Source of the DNA: Mycobacterium tuberculosis H37Rv
GTDB taxonomy: Bacteria; Actinomycetota; Actinomycetes; Mycobacteriales; Mycobacteriaceae
Direction: 5' to 3'
Length of the DNA: 32,000 nt
NCBI RefSeq assembly: GCF_000195955.2
Contig: NC_000962.3
Coordinates: 2,520,001-2,552,000, forward strand
This document shows positions 18,700-29,123 of the stretch, piece by piece. The notes beneath the pieces were generated by a model, which was not told the origin of the DNA, made no database searches, and worked only from the letters and a program-made list of their open reading frames with translations. Made by a program: the position numbers and the translations under genes. Within the stretch, counting starts at the first letter, position 1. Each line of letters starts with the position of its first letter.

Positions 18700-19929
18700 G
18701 TGGGTGCGAACGGTGATGTCGCGTTGAGCCGCATCGGCGCCACCCGTCCGGCATTGAGCGCGTGGCGATTCGTCACAGTGTTCGGGGTGGTCGGCCTGCT
18801 CGCCGACGTCGTGTATGAAGGGGCCCGTTCGATCACCGGCCCGCTGCTGGCTTCGTTGGGAGCGACCGGACTGGTGGTCGGAGTCGTCACCGGCGTCGGT
18901 GAGGCCGCCGCCTTGGGCTTGCGGCTGGTGTCGGGGCCATTGGCCGATCGAAGCCGACGGTTTTGGGCCTGGACCATCGCCGGCTACACCCTGACGGTGG
19001 TAACGGTTCCGCTGCTCGGCATCGCGGGCGCCCTGTGGGTGGCGTGCGCGTTGGTCATCGCCGAGCGAGTCGGGAAAGCTGTGCGCGGCCCCGCCAAAGA
19101 CACCCTGCTGTCGCACGCGGCCAGTGTGACCGGCCGAGGCCGCGGTTTCGCCGTGCACGAGGCGCTGGACCAGGTCGGTGCGATGATCGGCCCTCTCACC
19201 GTTGCCGGGATGCTCGCGATCACCGGGAATGCCTATGCGCCCGCGCTCGGCGTGCTGACCCTGCCCGGCGGTGCCGCCCTTGCTCTGTTGCTGTGGCTGC
19301 AGCGTCGGGTGCCCCGCCCGGAGTCCTACGAGGACTGTCCGGTTGTCCTCGGTAATCCTTCGGCGCCGCGACCCTGGGCGCTGCCGGCGCAGTTCTGGCT
19401 GTACTGCGGGTTCACCGCGATCACCATGCTGGGGTTTGGCACGTTCGGGTTGCTGTCGTTTCACATGGTCAGCCACGGCGTGCTGGCCGCCGCCATGGTC
19501 CCGGTGGTCTATGCGGCCGCAATGGCCGCAGATGCGCTGACGGCCTTGGCCTCAGGCTTCAGCTATGACAGATATGGCGCGAAAACCCTTGCCGTTCTGC
19601 CGATTCTGTCGATTCTGGTGGTGCTATTCGCCTTCACGGACAACGTCACAATGGTGGTCATTGGCACGTTGGTGTGGGGCGCAGCGGTCGGAATACAAGA
19701 GTCCACGCTGCGCGGCGTGGTGGCCGACCTGGTCGCCAGCCCACGGCGGGCCAGCGCCTACGGCGTGTTCGCCGCAGGGCTGGGCGCTGCGACCGCCGGG
19801 GGCGGCGCCCTCATCGGCTGGCTGTACGACATCTCCATCGGCACGCTCGTTGTGGTGGTGATCGCACTTGAACTGATGGCCCTGGTGATGATGTTCGCGA
19901 TCCGACTACCCCGCGTAGCACCGAGCTAA
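18700..19929 (+). CDS. Major facilitator superfamily transporter (Rv2265-like)
   Basis: 409-aa hydrophobic ORF with MFS-like loops (GPLADRSRRFWAW; IAERVGKAVRGPAKDTLLS; SGFSYDRYGAK). Confidence 0.85.
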   Translation: MGANGDVALSRIGATRPALSAWRFVTVFGVVGLLADVVYEGARSITGPLLASLGATGLVVGVVTGVGEAAALGLRLVSGPLADRSRRFWAWTIAGYTLTVVTVPLLGIAGALWVACALVIAERVGKAVRGPAKDTLLSHAASVTGRGRGFAVHEALDQVGAMIGPLTVAGMLAITGNAYAPALGVLTLPGGAALALLLWLQRRVPRPESYEDCPVVLGNPSAPRPWALPAQFWLYCGFTAITMLGFGTFGLLSFHMVSHGVLAAAMVPVVYAAAMAADALTALASGFSYDRYGAKTLAVLPILSILVVLFAFTDNVTMVVIGTLVWGAAVGIQESTLRGVVADLVASPRRASAYGVFAAGLGAATAGGGALIGWLYDISIGTLVVVVIALELMALVMMFAIRLPRVAPS

Positions 19930-20103
19930 AGAAGCGATCAGGCGGCCCAACGGAACAGCAGGTTGGTATGCGACAACATGCTTGACCGGCACGCCAACAA
20001 GCACGACTGCCACCGATCCAGGTAAGTGGCGGCCAAGGACGGTCAACCGGTCTAGGCTCGCCAGTATTACCCCTTCAAGGGCGAAGGGGGCAGGAGGATC
20101 TCG

Positions 20104-21390
20104 ATGGGCCTCAACACGGCGATCGCGACTCGGGTGAATGGCACGCCGCCGCCGGAGGTGCCGATCGCCGATATTGAACTGGGTTCCCTGGATTTCTGGG
20201 CACTCGATGACGACGTTCGCGATGGCGCCTTCGCCACCTTGCGCCGCGAGGCGCCGATCTCGTTCTGGCCCACGATCGAGCTGCCCGGGTTTGTCGCGGG
20301 CAATGGGCATTGGGCGCTCACCAAGTACGACGATGTCTTCTACGCCAGCCGTCATCCGGACATTTTCAGTTCGTACCCCAACATCACGATCAACGACCAG
20401 ACACCAGAGTTAGCCGAATACTTCGGCTCGATGATCGTGCTCGACGATCCGCGCCATCAGCGGCTGCGCTCGATTGTCAGCCGAGCCTTCACCCCGAAGG
20501 TGGTAGCCCGCATCGAAGCAGCCGTGCGTGACCGGGCCCATCGGTTGGTCTCATCGATGATCGCCAATAATCCCGACCGGCAGGCCGATCTGGTCAGCGA
20601 ACTCGCAGGTCCACTGCCGCTGCAGATTATCTGTGACATGATGGGGATTCCCAAGGCGGACCATCAGCGCATTTTTCACTGGACCAACGTCATTCTCGGC
20701 TTCGGCGATCCCGATCTGGCCACCGATTTCGACGAGTTCATGCAGGTTTCGGCGGACATCGGCGCCTACGCCACCGCGCTGGCCGAAGACCGCCGGGTCA
20801 ACCACCACGACGATCTGACCAGCAGCCTGGTCGAAGCCGAGGTCGACGGCGAGCGGCTGTCGTCGAGGGAGATCGCGTCGTTCTTCATCCTGCTGGTGGT
20901 GGCCGGCAACGAGACGACGCGCAACGCGATCACTCACGGCGTGCTGGCACTGTCCCGCTATCCCGAGCAACGGGACAGGTGGTGGTCTGACTTCGACGGC
21001 CTGGCGCCCACCGCGGTCGAGGAGATCGTGCGGTGGGCCTCCCCGGTGGTCTACATGCGCCGCACCCTGACCCAAGACATTGAGTTGCGCGGCACCAAGA
21101 TGGCCGCCGGTGACAAGGTCTCCCTGTGGTATTGCTCGGCCAACCGGGACGAGTCAAAGTTCGCCGATCCCTGGACATTCGACCTAGCACGCAACCCCAA
21201 TCCGCATCTCGGTTTCGGTGGCGGTGGCGCCCATTTCTGCCTGGGCGCCAACCTAGCGCGTCGGGAGATCAGGGTCGCGTTCGACGAACTACGCAGGCAG
21301 ATGCCCGACGTCGTCGCGACCGAGGAGCCCGCACGGCTGTTGTCGCAGTTCATTCACGGAATCAAGACGCTGCCAGTTACGTGGTCCTGA
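20104..21390 (+). CDS. cyp124: Cytochrome P450 CYP124
   Basis: 428-aa ORF. I-helix VVAGNETTRNAIT, ExxR-type region and heme motif FGGGGAHFCLGANLARREI. Confidence 0.93.
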   Translation: MGLNTAIATRVNGTPPPEVPIADIELGSLDFWALDDDVRDGAFATLRREAPISFWPTIELPGFVAGNGHWALTKYDDVFYASRHPDIFSSYPNITINDQTPELAEYFGSMIVLDDPRHQRLRSIVSRAFTPKVVARIEAAVRDRAHRLVSSMIANNPDRQADLVSELAGPLPLQIICDMMGIPKADHQRIFHWTNVILGFGDPDLATDFDEFMQVSADIGAYATALAEDRRVNHHDDLTSSLVEAEVDGERLSSREIASFFILLVVAGNETTRNAITHGVLALSRYPEQRDRWWSDFDGLAPTAVEEIVRWASPVVYMRRTLTQDIELRGTKMAAGDKVSLWYCSANRDESKFADPWTFDLARNPNPHLGFGGGGAHFCLGANLARREIRVAFDELRRQMPDVVATEEPARLLSQFIHGIKTLPVTWS

Positions 21391-21643
21391 AAGGCCGAAC
21401 GTGGCTCGGCGGGTATATGGTGCGCCATTCCCGGTGGCTGTGGGATTTGCACTACACAGGAAGCGTTGTCGCCCACCCACTGGCGGACCGGTAGGCACCG
21501 ATCGGTGCCGGCCTGTTTTGGGTAGCGGATCAAGCGCACAAACGACTCGCGGTGGCCGAACAGGATGATGTTGGCGAGACGCCCCGTCTGGCATGACCGC
21601 TGCCGACGCGTTCGAGTGCGGTCGAGAGCCAAAGGCGGCTTGA

Positions 21644-22810
21644 TCAGCCGCCAACCGCAGGCCGAAGACGTGCCGGCTCAGGTGTGTGACGATCGTAGCC
21701 GTAGCGGTCGATGATCTCGCCCCAGTGCTCATCGACAATCGCACGCTGCTCGACGGTCAGTTGATAGCTGTTGGTTTTGTAGTCCGCATGGTCAGCTAGG
21801 TATTGCCGCAGACGCGGCAGGTAACACTCGAAGTCGCCCAGTCCCAGGTGCTGGTATAGCCGGCGCAGCTGTCCCTCGGGATCACCGATCAAATCCTCAT
21901 AACGCAATTCGTAAAAGCGTGTGGGGTCAACGAGTTCTCGGCCTTCGTCCAACTTTCGGTATAGGTCGACGTAGGTCGACACGACCTTGTCGTCCAACCC
22001 GTCGAACGTCGGTTGTTGCAAGCCATGTATGCGGTACAGCGCCTTATGAAGATGGATGGTTGATGGATAGACCACATAGGGATCTCGGACGATGTGGATG
22101 AACTTCGCTTGCGGGAATACCTCCAGCAGCACCTTGATTCGAAAACTATGCGTTGGATTCTTGAGGATCACCGTCTTGCGACGGCGGAAGTACACCTGCT
22201 GAACGAACCGGAACAGGGTCCGTTTCCAGATTTCTAGTTCTCGCGGTGCCACCTGCTCTAGATCCAGGTACTCCTCATACTGGGGCGGCCGGTTCGGGAA
22301 TGCGATGGTCAGATACGGCGACGGCAGGCCCTGCATACACCACACGAACTCGTCTTCCTGCGGGTGATGCAAGCTCAAATCCATGTTGTCCATTGCCCGA
22401 TGCTTCGATACCAGGAATTCCACATATGGCGCAAACCACTCGGTCAGTAGAAAATGGTGTGGCGCAAGGCATTCGTAGCCGGTGGGACCGGTGTGGCGAT
22501 CATCGACGACCAACAGTTCATGCAGCAAGGTGGTGCCGGTACGCCAATGCCCAACAATGAAGATTGGCGGATCGGCGATCACCGTTTCGGCCACTCGCCT
22601 ACCGAAAACGATCTTCTGCCACAACCCCAGACAGGAATTGACCATGCTGAGAAACGTATAGAGGACCGCGAAGTGCCAGCGGCTGTGATGCACGGCGAAG
22701 CGGTTACGGATCAAAAGCCGCATCCAGGCCGAGAAGTTGCAGCCGACCCACAGCGGTGCGGCCCACTCGCGCCACCGGGAAAGTCGAGACGACGAACGGA
22801 GAGCCTTCAT
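21644..22810 (-). CDS. stf3: Sulfotransferase Stf3
   Basis: 388 aa from ATG 22810. PAPS-binding-like [20 protein letters not shown] and [18 protein letters not shown]. The start overlaps the end of cyp128 (ATGA). Confidence 0.9.
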
Positions 22811-24276
22811 GGTGCGACGCGGGGGGTAACGGCGACCCGTAACCGGGTCAAGCCGCGAAGGTTGGCGTTTGTCGTCCACGTCGGCGGCTCGACCACCTCT
22901 ATTCGGTCGATATTGGCGACGATCTCGCGCAAGATCGCCTGACCCTCCATGCGCGCCAGCTGGGTCCCCGGACACAGGTGGATGCCGGAGCCGAACGCGA
23001 GATGCCCGACCGGGTTGCGGTCGGCGCGAAAGACATCCGGGTCTTCGTACTGGCGCGGGTCACGGTTGGCTGCACCCCATGCCAGCAGCACCAGTGAGCC
23101 TGCCGGGATGACCGCTTGACCGACCGAATAGTCGACGCGCGTTGTGCGGCAGATGTTTTGGATTGGCGATATAAAGCGGAGGTGCTCCTCGATCGCCGAC
23201 GGGATCAGGTCTGGTTGCTGCGCAAGGAGTGTCAGCTGATCTGGATAGTCGGCCAGCGTCAGAAACAATGTGCTAATCATATGAGCAGTGCTCTCATAGC
23301 CCGCAACCAGCAGCAACACCGCGAAGAAGAACAATTCGTCATCGCTGAGTCGACCTTGCTCGGCATGGGTGGCAAGCTTCCCGAGAACAGTGCATTCCCT
23401 AAGCAGCCCGTTGTCACGCCGATGAGTGAAGAGTGCACGCAATCGCCGGAATCCGGCAAAGCCCTGCACAAGCGAAATCAACCCGGAGGCTGACAAGGCA
23501 ACGTCGGTGATCCGTACCGCCTGGTTGGACAAACGGCAGAAGGCGGCCTCGTCCGGTCCATCTACGCCGAGCACACTGGTGATAGCGCGCATCGGCATCG
23601 GTGCGGCCACGGTGGAGACGACGTCCGCGGGCGTCTGGGTCAGTAACCCGCCGACCAGTTCTCGGGCAAGCTGGTCGACCATCGGGCGCCACGTCTCCAA
23701 CGCGCCACGCGCCATACCTGGTGCCAGTTGCTTGCGCATCCGGGTGTGCGCCGGCGGATCGGACGTCGGCAGAAACGGCAGCCACCCCCGTGAGAAGGTG
23801 ACCCCACGGGCGCTGGACAACGTGTCGTGGTTACGCGCAGCCTCGCGGACGTCGGCGTATCGGCTCAAAATGTAGACGTCGCGCTTGGGGTTGTACTGCA
23901 CCCGCTCGCCGGCCAACAGCTCTCGATAATGCGGGTAAGGATCAGCGGCAATCGCGGGATCGAACGGGTCAAAGTCGGTGAGCTGCATAAATTTCCGGCA
24001 ATGCCGGCCGGTCAACCTGGACCGAGCCTTCCCGGCGACCCTCAGCGCAAGTGCTTTCGCGACCGCGGGCCCGTAGGTTCGCACAGTTTGCGCGTCGCGC
24101 CACATGCTGGTGGCTACCGGGATGCCACCAGATGACGCGCGCCGGCGCGTGGGAACGCCCAGAGCCGTGGTCGCGTCCTGCGCGGTCAGACCAACGTCGG
24201 GCGTGCCCGCTAACGGGCACCCGGCCAGCCGCACTCGGTCCGGCGCGGGCTCGGGAGGGGACTGTGTCGCGGTCAT
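22807..24276 (-). CDS. cyp128: Cytochrome P450 CYP128
   Basis: 489-aa [18 protein letters not shown] and heme motif [20 protein letters not shown]. Directly upstream of stf3. Confidence 0.92.
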
Positions 24277-24288
24277 GACCCTCCGAAC

Positions 24289-24621
24289 TCAGAGAGGCGT
24301 AGAACAGTCACAGGGTAACGGCGGGCATCGCAATAATTGCGCAGTTTCGCAAAGCGTTTCGCAACGCAATAAGATGGTTACCCGGAGTTCGGACAGGCGA
24401 ATCTGCCCAGCGCAAGGCTGGTGATAGCGCCGACCAACGGCGCCGTGATCGGTAACCGTTTCCGACCGGCCGATACCGGCCCGGCCACCATAGCGGAGGT
24501 CAACCCCACCTGTTGGCGGAACGCCCAAAACTGGGCCGACTGTGTAGGCATGCGTCGCACTTGATTGGTCGCCGACCCGGCAATTCGCTAGCCGCGCTAA
24601 GGGTCGCGCATCGTTGGCCAC
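24289..24621 (-). CDS. Hypothetical ORF upstream of cyp128 (Rv2269c-like), coding status uncertain
   Basis: 110-aa ORF in line with cyp128 and stf3. Composition is not convincingly protein-like. Confidence 0.35.
   Translation of the reverse strand: MANDARPLARLANCRVGDQSSATHAYTVGPVLGVPPTGGVDLRYGGRAGIGRSETVTDHGAVGRRYHQPCAGQIRLSELRVTILLRCETLCETAQLLRCPPLPCDCSTPL
24344..24364. promoter_or_regulatory. Candidate operator: direct repeat GTTTCGCAA-AGC-GTTTCGCAA upstream of cyp128
   Basis: GTTTCGCAA at 24344-24352 and 24356-24364 (12-bp period), flanked by TTGCG/CGCAA half-sites. It lies 68-88 bp upstream of the cyp128 start. Confidence 0.35.
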
Positions 24622-24697
24622 AACAGGCGCGACTTGCGCGAATGTGCTTTCTCGCCGGCATCGCGATGCCTAACTTTATGTTTTCGAGGAGACTGCG

Positions 24698-25225
24698 ATG
24701 CGGCTTCCAGGCCGTCATGTGTTATACGCCCTGTCGGCGGTCACCATGCTGGCGGCCTGCTCCAGCAACGGTGCTCGTGGCGGCATTGCGTCGACGAACA
24801 TGAATCCGACAAACCCACCCGCAACTGCGGAGACCGCTACCGTCTCACCGACACCGGCTCCGCAGAGCGCGCGAACCGAGACCTGGATTAACCTTCAAGT
24901 CGGCGACTGCCTGGCCGACCTGCCGCCGGCGGATCTGAGCCGGATAACCGTCACGATTGTCGATTGCGCGACAGCGCATTCGGCCGAGGTATACCTGCGT
25001 GCTCCGGTGGCCGTCGATGCCGCCGTCGTTTCCATGGCCAATCGTGATTGTGCTGCCGGATTTGCGCCCTACACAGGCCAATCCGTCGACACCAGCCCAT
25101 ACTCGGTGGCGTATCTCATCGACTCGCATCAGGATAGAACCGGGGCCGATCCCACCCCGAGCACCGTCATCTGTTTGCTGCAGCCCGCCAACGGTCAGTT
25201 GCTCACCGGGTCGGCCCGTCGCTGA
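24698..25225 (+). CDS. lppN: Lipoprotein LppN
   Basis: 175-aa ORF with signal peptide and lipobox [23 protein letters not shown]. Confidence 0.85.
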
Positions 25226-25331
25226 CCGGACGACCCGTTGTTCGGGTGCGTGGCACACGACACCAACCGGTATCGTCTGTTGCCGTGACTTCTCCGATTG
25301 CTCCGAATACCAAAAGCGACGGTTCTCGCTG

Positions 25332-25631
25332 ATGACTACCCCACCCGACAAGGCGCGGCGCCGGTTTCTTCGCGACGCCTACAAGAACGCTGAGCGCGTC
25401 GCACGAACCGCTTTGCTCACAATCGACCAGGACCAGCTTGAGCAGCTGCTCGACTACGTCGACGAGAGACTCGGCGAACAGCCTTGTGACCACACCGCCC
25501 GGCATGCGCAACGATGGGCCCAATCACACCGCATCGAATGGGAGACGCTGGCCGAGGGCCTACAAGAGTTTGGTGGCTACTGCGATTGTGAGATCGTAAT
25601 GAATGTCGAACCTGAGGCGATCTTCGGCTAG
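25332..25631 (+). CDS. DUF2695-like small protein (Rv2271-like)
   Basis: 99 aa from ATG 25332. C-terminal EFGGYCDCEIVMNVEPE. Confidence 0.75.
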   Translation: MTTPPDKARRRFLRDAYKNAERVARTALLTIDQDQLEQLLDYVDERLGEQPCDHTARHAQRWAQSHRIEWETLAEGLQEFGGYCDCEIVMNVEPEAIFG

Positions 25632-25736
25632 TCCTCTGCCGGCGATGTTCTCATAACGACATGGCAAGCCACGCGCTTGACTAAACTCAGCCGACGTCAA
25701 ACCGCCTGTCCCCGATATGCCCTGCGAGGTTGCCTC

Positions 25737-26105
25737 GTGGCTGATGACTCAAACGACACCGCGACCGATGTCGAACCCGACTACCGGTTCACCCTTGCCA
25801 ACGAGCGGACCTTCCTGGCCTGGCAGCGCACCGCTCTAGGCCTGCTGGCCGCGGCGGTCGCCCTGGTGCAGCTCGTCCCGGAACTGACGATCCCCGGCGC
25901 ACGCCAGGTGCTCGGTGTGGTGCTCGCGATTTTGGCAATCCTCACCAGCGGAATGGGTCTGCTGCGCTGGCAGCAGGCGGATCGCGCCATGCGCCGGCAC
26001 CTGCCATTGCCCCGTCACCCCACACCGGGCTACCTCGCGGTGGGGCTCTGCGTGGTCGGGGTCGTCGCGCTCGCATTGGTGGTAGCCAAGGCGATCACCG
26101 GGTGA
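25737..26105 (+). CDS. DUF202/YidH-family membrane protein (Rv2272-like)
   Basis: 122 aa from GTG 25737. [29 protein letters not shown] and further TM helices. Confidence 0.85.
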
Positions 26106-26431
26106 ACCGTCACTCGACGGCAGCGAGCGATCGCGGGCTGCAGGCCGAACGGACGACGCTGGCCTGGACCCGGACGGCCTTTGCGTTGCTGGTCAACGGC
26201 GTGTTGCTGACGCTCAAGGACACGCAAGGCGCCGACGGGCCGGCTGGGCTGATCCCGGCCGGCCTAGCTGGTGCTGCGGCCTCGTGCTGCTATGTGATCG
26301 CTCTACAACGCCAACGAGCACTTTCGCACCGCCCGCTACCGGCACGAATCACTCCCCGCGGCCAGGTCCACATCCTCGCGACAGCGGTGCTGGTGCTTAT
26401 GGTCGTCACCGCCTTTGCTCAACTGCTCTAG
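26102..26431 (+). CDS. Second DUF202-family membrane protein (Rv2273-like)
   Basis: 109-aa ORF from GTG 26102, overlapping the previous stop (GTGA). [25 protein letters not shown]. Confidence 0.85.
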
Positions 26432-26434
26432 CGC

Positions 26435-26496
26435 GGCGAACAGACGCAAAAGCCCCCGCACGCACGGAGTGTCGGGGGCTTTTGCGTCTACTCGCC
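26435..26496. terminator. Long near-perfect hairpin, TRIT-like bidirectional terminator
   Basis: GGCGAACAGACGCAAAAGCCCCCG...CGGGGGCTTTTGCGTCTACTCGCC, located between the convergent Rv2273-like and mazF8-like genes. It overlaps the end of the latter. Confidence 0.85.
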
Positions 26497-26805
26497 AAAT
26501 GCGATCGTGGCCGATGGCGGCGCGGACCTTCCTGTAAATTGCCGGAATTCACGATTTTGTGCGGCTAGACCAACGCCGGGAGCCAGCGTGCCTGCGAGGA
26601 TAGGAGCGCCTCGGCCGATCCGCCGGCGCAGCCGTTCGGTCACAACGGATCTGACCTGCTCAGCCTGCAAGTCAACCACAAGACCGGTCCAGGCTGATAC
26701 GCAAAATATGTGAGTGTACCCGCCGCCACAGCGGCAGCAGCTGGATCCCCCTTTTGGTGGACACGAGATCCACCCAATAGGCTGGGCCGATCGGGCGATA
26801 GACAT
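26488..26805 (-). CDS. mazF8: MazF-like toxin, divergent (MazF8 in H37Rv annotation)
   Basis: 105-aa ORF. Only AEQVRSVVTERLRRRIG looks MazF-like; the N-terminal half is atypical. Assignment rests partly on recalled gene order. Confidence 0.45.
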   Translation of the reverse strand: MSIARSAQPIGWISCPPKGGSSCCRCGGGYTHIFCVSAWTGLVVDLQAEQVRSVVTERLRRRIGRGAPILAGTLAPGVGLAAQNREFRQFTGRSAPPSATIAFGE

Positions 26806-26882
26806 TGTCAGTTCGTGCCGGCACCCTGATCACTGACCTCAACACCGAGCGTCGACCCCGTCCCTATGGTCCAAGGAAAACA

Positions 26883-27752
26883 ATGTCATACGTGGCTGCC
26901 GAACCAGGCGTGCTGATCTCGCCGACGGACGACTTGCAGAGCCCCCGGTCAGCCCCGGCAGCGCATGACGAAAATGCGGACGGCATAACAGGCGGGACCA
27001 GAGACGACTCTGCTCCCAACTCACGGTTTCAGCTAGGCAGGCGCATTCCGGAAGCCACCGCCCAGGAAGGGTTTCTGGTTCGGCCATTCACCCAACAATG
27101 TCAGATCATCCACACCGAAGGAGATCATGCTGTTATCGGGGTATCCCCGGGGAACAGTTACTTCTCCCGCCAGCGCCTACGGGATCTCGGGCTTTGGGGT
27201 CTCACGAATTTTGATCGTGTGGACTTCGTCTACACCGATGTCCATGTCGCCGAGAGTTACGAAGCGCTAGGCGATTCCGCAATCGAAGCCCGGCGCAAGG
27301 CGGTCAAAAACATCCGCGGCGTCCGCGCCAAGATCACCACCACGGTGAACGAACTCGATCCGGCCGGGGCCCGGCTGTGCGTTCGTCCGATGTCGGAGTT
27401 CCAGTCCAACGAGGCATACCGGGAGCTGCATGCGGACCTGCTCACGCGCCTGAAAGACGACGAGGACTTGCGCGCCGTCTGCCAGGACCTAGTGCGGCGC
27501 TTCCTGTCCACGAAAGTGGGTCCGCGGCAGGGGGCGACGGCTACTCAAGAGCAGGTGTGCATGGACTACATTTGCGCCGAGGCCCCGCTATTCCTCGACA
27601 CACCTGCGATTCTCGGAGTGCCGTCGTCGTTGAATTGCTACCACCAATCACTGCCCCTCGCCGAAATGCTCTACGCCCGAGGATCGGGACTACGGGCATC
27701 GCGCAATCAAGGCCACGCCATTGTTACCCCTGATGGGAGCCCCGCCGAATGA
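26883..27752 (+). CDS. Cyclodipeptide synthase (cyclo(Tyr-Tyr) synthase, Rv2275)
   Basis: 289 aa from ATG 26883. CDPS features [18 protein letters not shown] and [21 protein letters not shown]. Overlaps cyp121 by 4 nt. Confidence 0.93.
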
Positions 27753-28939
27753 CCGCGACCGTTCTGCTCGAGGTCCCGTTCTCTGCACGTGGGGATCGGA
27801 TTCCTGACGCCGTCGCAGAATTACGAACCCGCGAGCCTATCCGCAAGGTACGGACCATTACCGGCGCCGAAGCCTGGCTCGTCTCCTCGTATGCACTGTG
27901 CACACAGGTGCTCGAGGATCGGCGTTTTTCCATGAAGGAAACCGCCGCTGCCGGCGCCCCCCGCCTGAACGCGCTGACTGTTCCACCCGAAGTGGTCAAC
28001 AACATGGGAAACATCGCCGACGCGGGACTGCGCAAGGCGGTGATGAAAGCGATCACACCCAAGGCACCCGGGTTGGAGCAATTCCTACGAGACACCGCGA
28101 ACTCGCTGCTGGACAACCTGATTACCGAGGGCGCACCAGCCGATCTGCGCAATGACTTCGCCGACCCGCTGGCCACTGCCCTGCACTGCAAGGTTCTGGG
28201 CATCCCGCAAGAAGACGGCCCGAAGCTGTTCCGTAGCTTGAGTATCGCTTTCATGAGTTCGGCCGACCCGATCCCCGCCGCGAAGATCAACTGGGATCGC
28301 GACATCGAATACATGGCCGGAATTCTGGAAAACCCAAACATCACGACCGGCCTCATGGGTGAGCTCAGCCGCCTCCGGAAAGATCCCGCCTACTCGCACG
28401 TCTCCGACGAACTATTCGCGACCATCGGCGTCACTTTCTTCGGTGCCGGCGTCATCTCAACCGGCAGCTTCCTCACCACCGCGCTGATATCGCTGATACA
28501 ACGCCCGCAACTTCGGAACTTGTTGCACGAGAAGCCGGAACTGATCCCGGCCGGTGTAGAGGAACTGCTGCGGATCAATCTCTCCTTCGCCGACGGGTTA
28601 CCGCGCCTGGCCACCGCCGACATCCAGGTCGGCGACGTGCTGGTCCGCAAGGGGGAGCTGGTGCTGGTGCTGCTCGAGGGCGCCAACTTCGATCCCGAGC
28701 ACTTCCCTAACCCGGGCAGCATCGAACTCGACCGGCCCAACCCCACCTCGCACCTCGCGTTCGGCCGCGGCCAACACTTCTGTCCTGGATCAGCTCTCGG
28801 TCGCCGCCACGCACAGATCGGCATCGAAGCGCTGTTGAAAAAGATGCCCGGCGTCGACCTGGCTGTGCCCATCGACCAATTGGTCTGGCGCACCCGATTC
28901 CAAAGACGCATCCCCGAACGCCTTCCGGTGCTCTGGTAG
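27749..28939 (+). CDS. cyp121: Cytochrome P450 CYP121 (mycocyclosin synthase)
   Basis: 396-aa ORF. Heme motif [20 protein letters not shown]. Coupled (ATGA) to the cyclodipeptide synthase. Confidence 0.94.
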
Positions 28940-29123
28940 GCTTCCGGAAACTCACCCGAGCCATCACCGCAAGATTTGGCAAGCGTTGGGACAGAACAAT
29001 TTCGACCTTGCACCGGCCGAAGGCGCTGCCTTCTACCGAATAAAAGTACGGGCCTCCCCCAAACTCCGAAATCGTCAGTACCGCACGCAATTCAAATGAA
29101 CCGCACCCTGACAGCGAGCGACG

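Noticed and set aside
18661-19476. 271-aa minus-strand ORF opposite the MFS gene
   Set aside because: Basic/Gln-rich shadow translation with no domain character; the opposite strand clearly encodes the transporter.
21391-21643. ORFs in the gap between cyp124 and stf3 (for example minus 21354-21632)
   Set aside because: No motif or convincing composition; they overlap the cyp124 3' end. Could be a degraded gene but unsupported.
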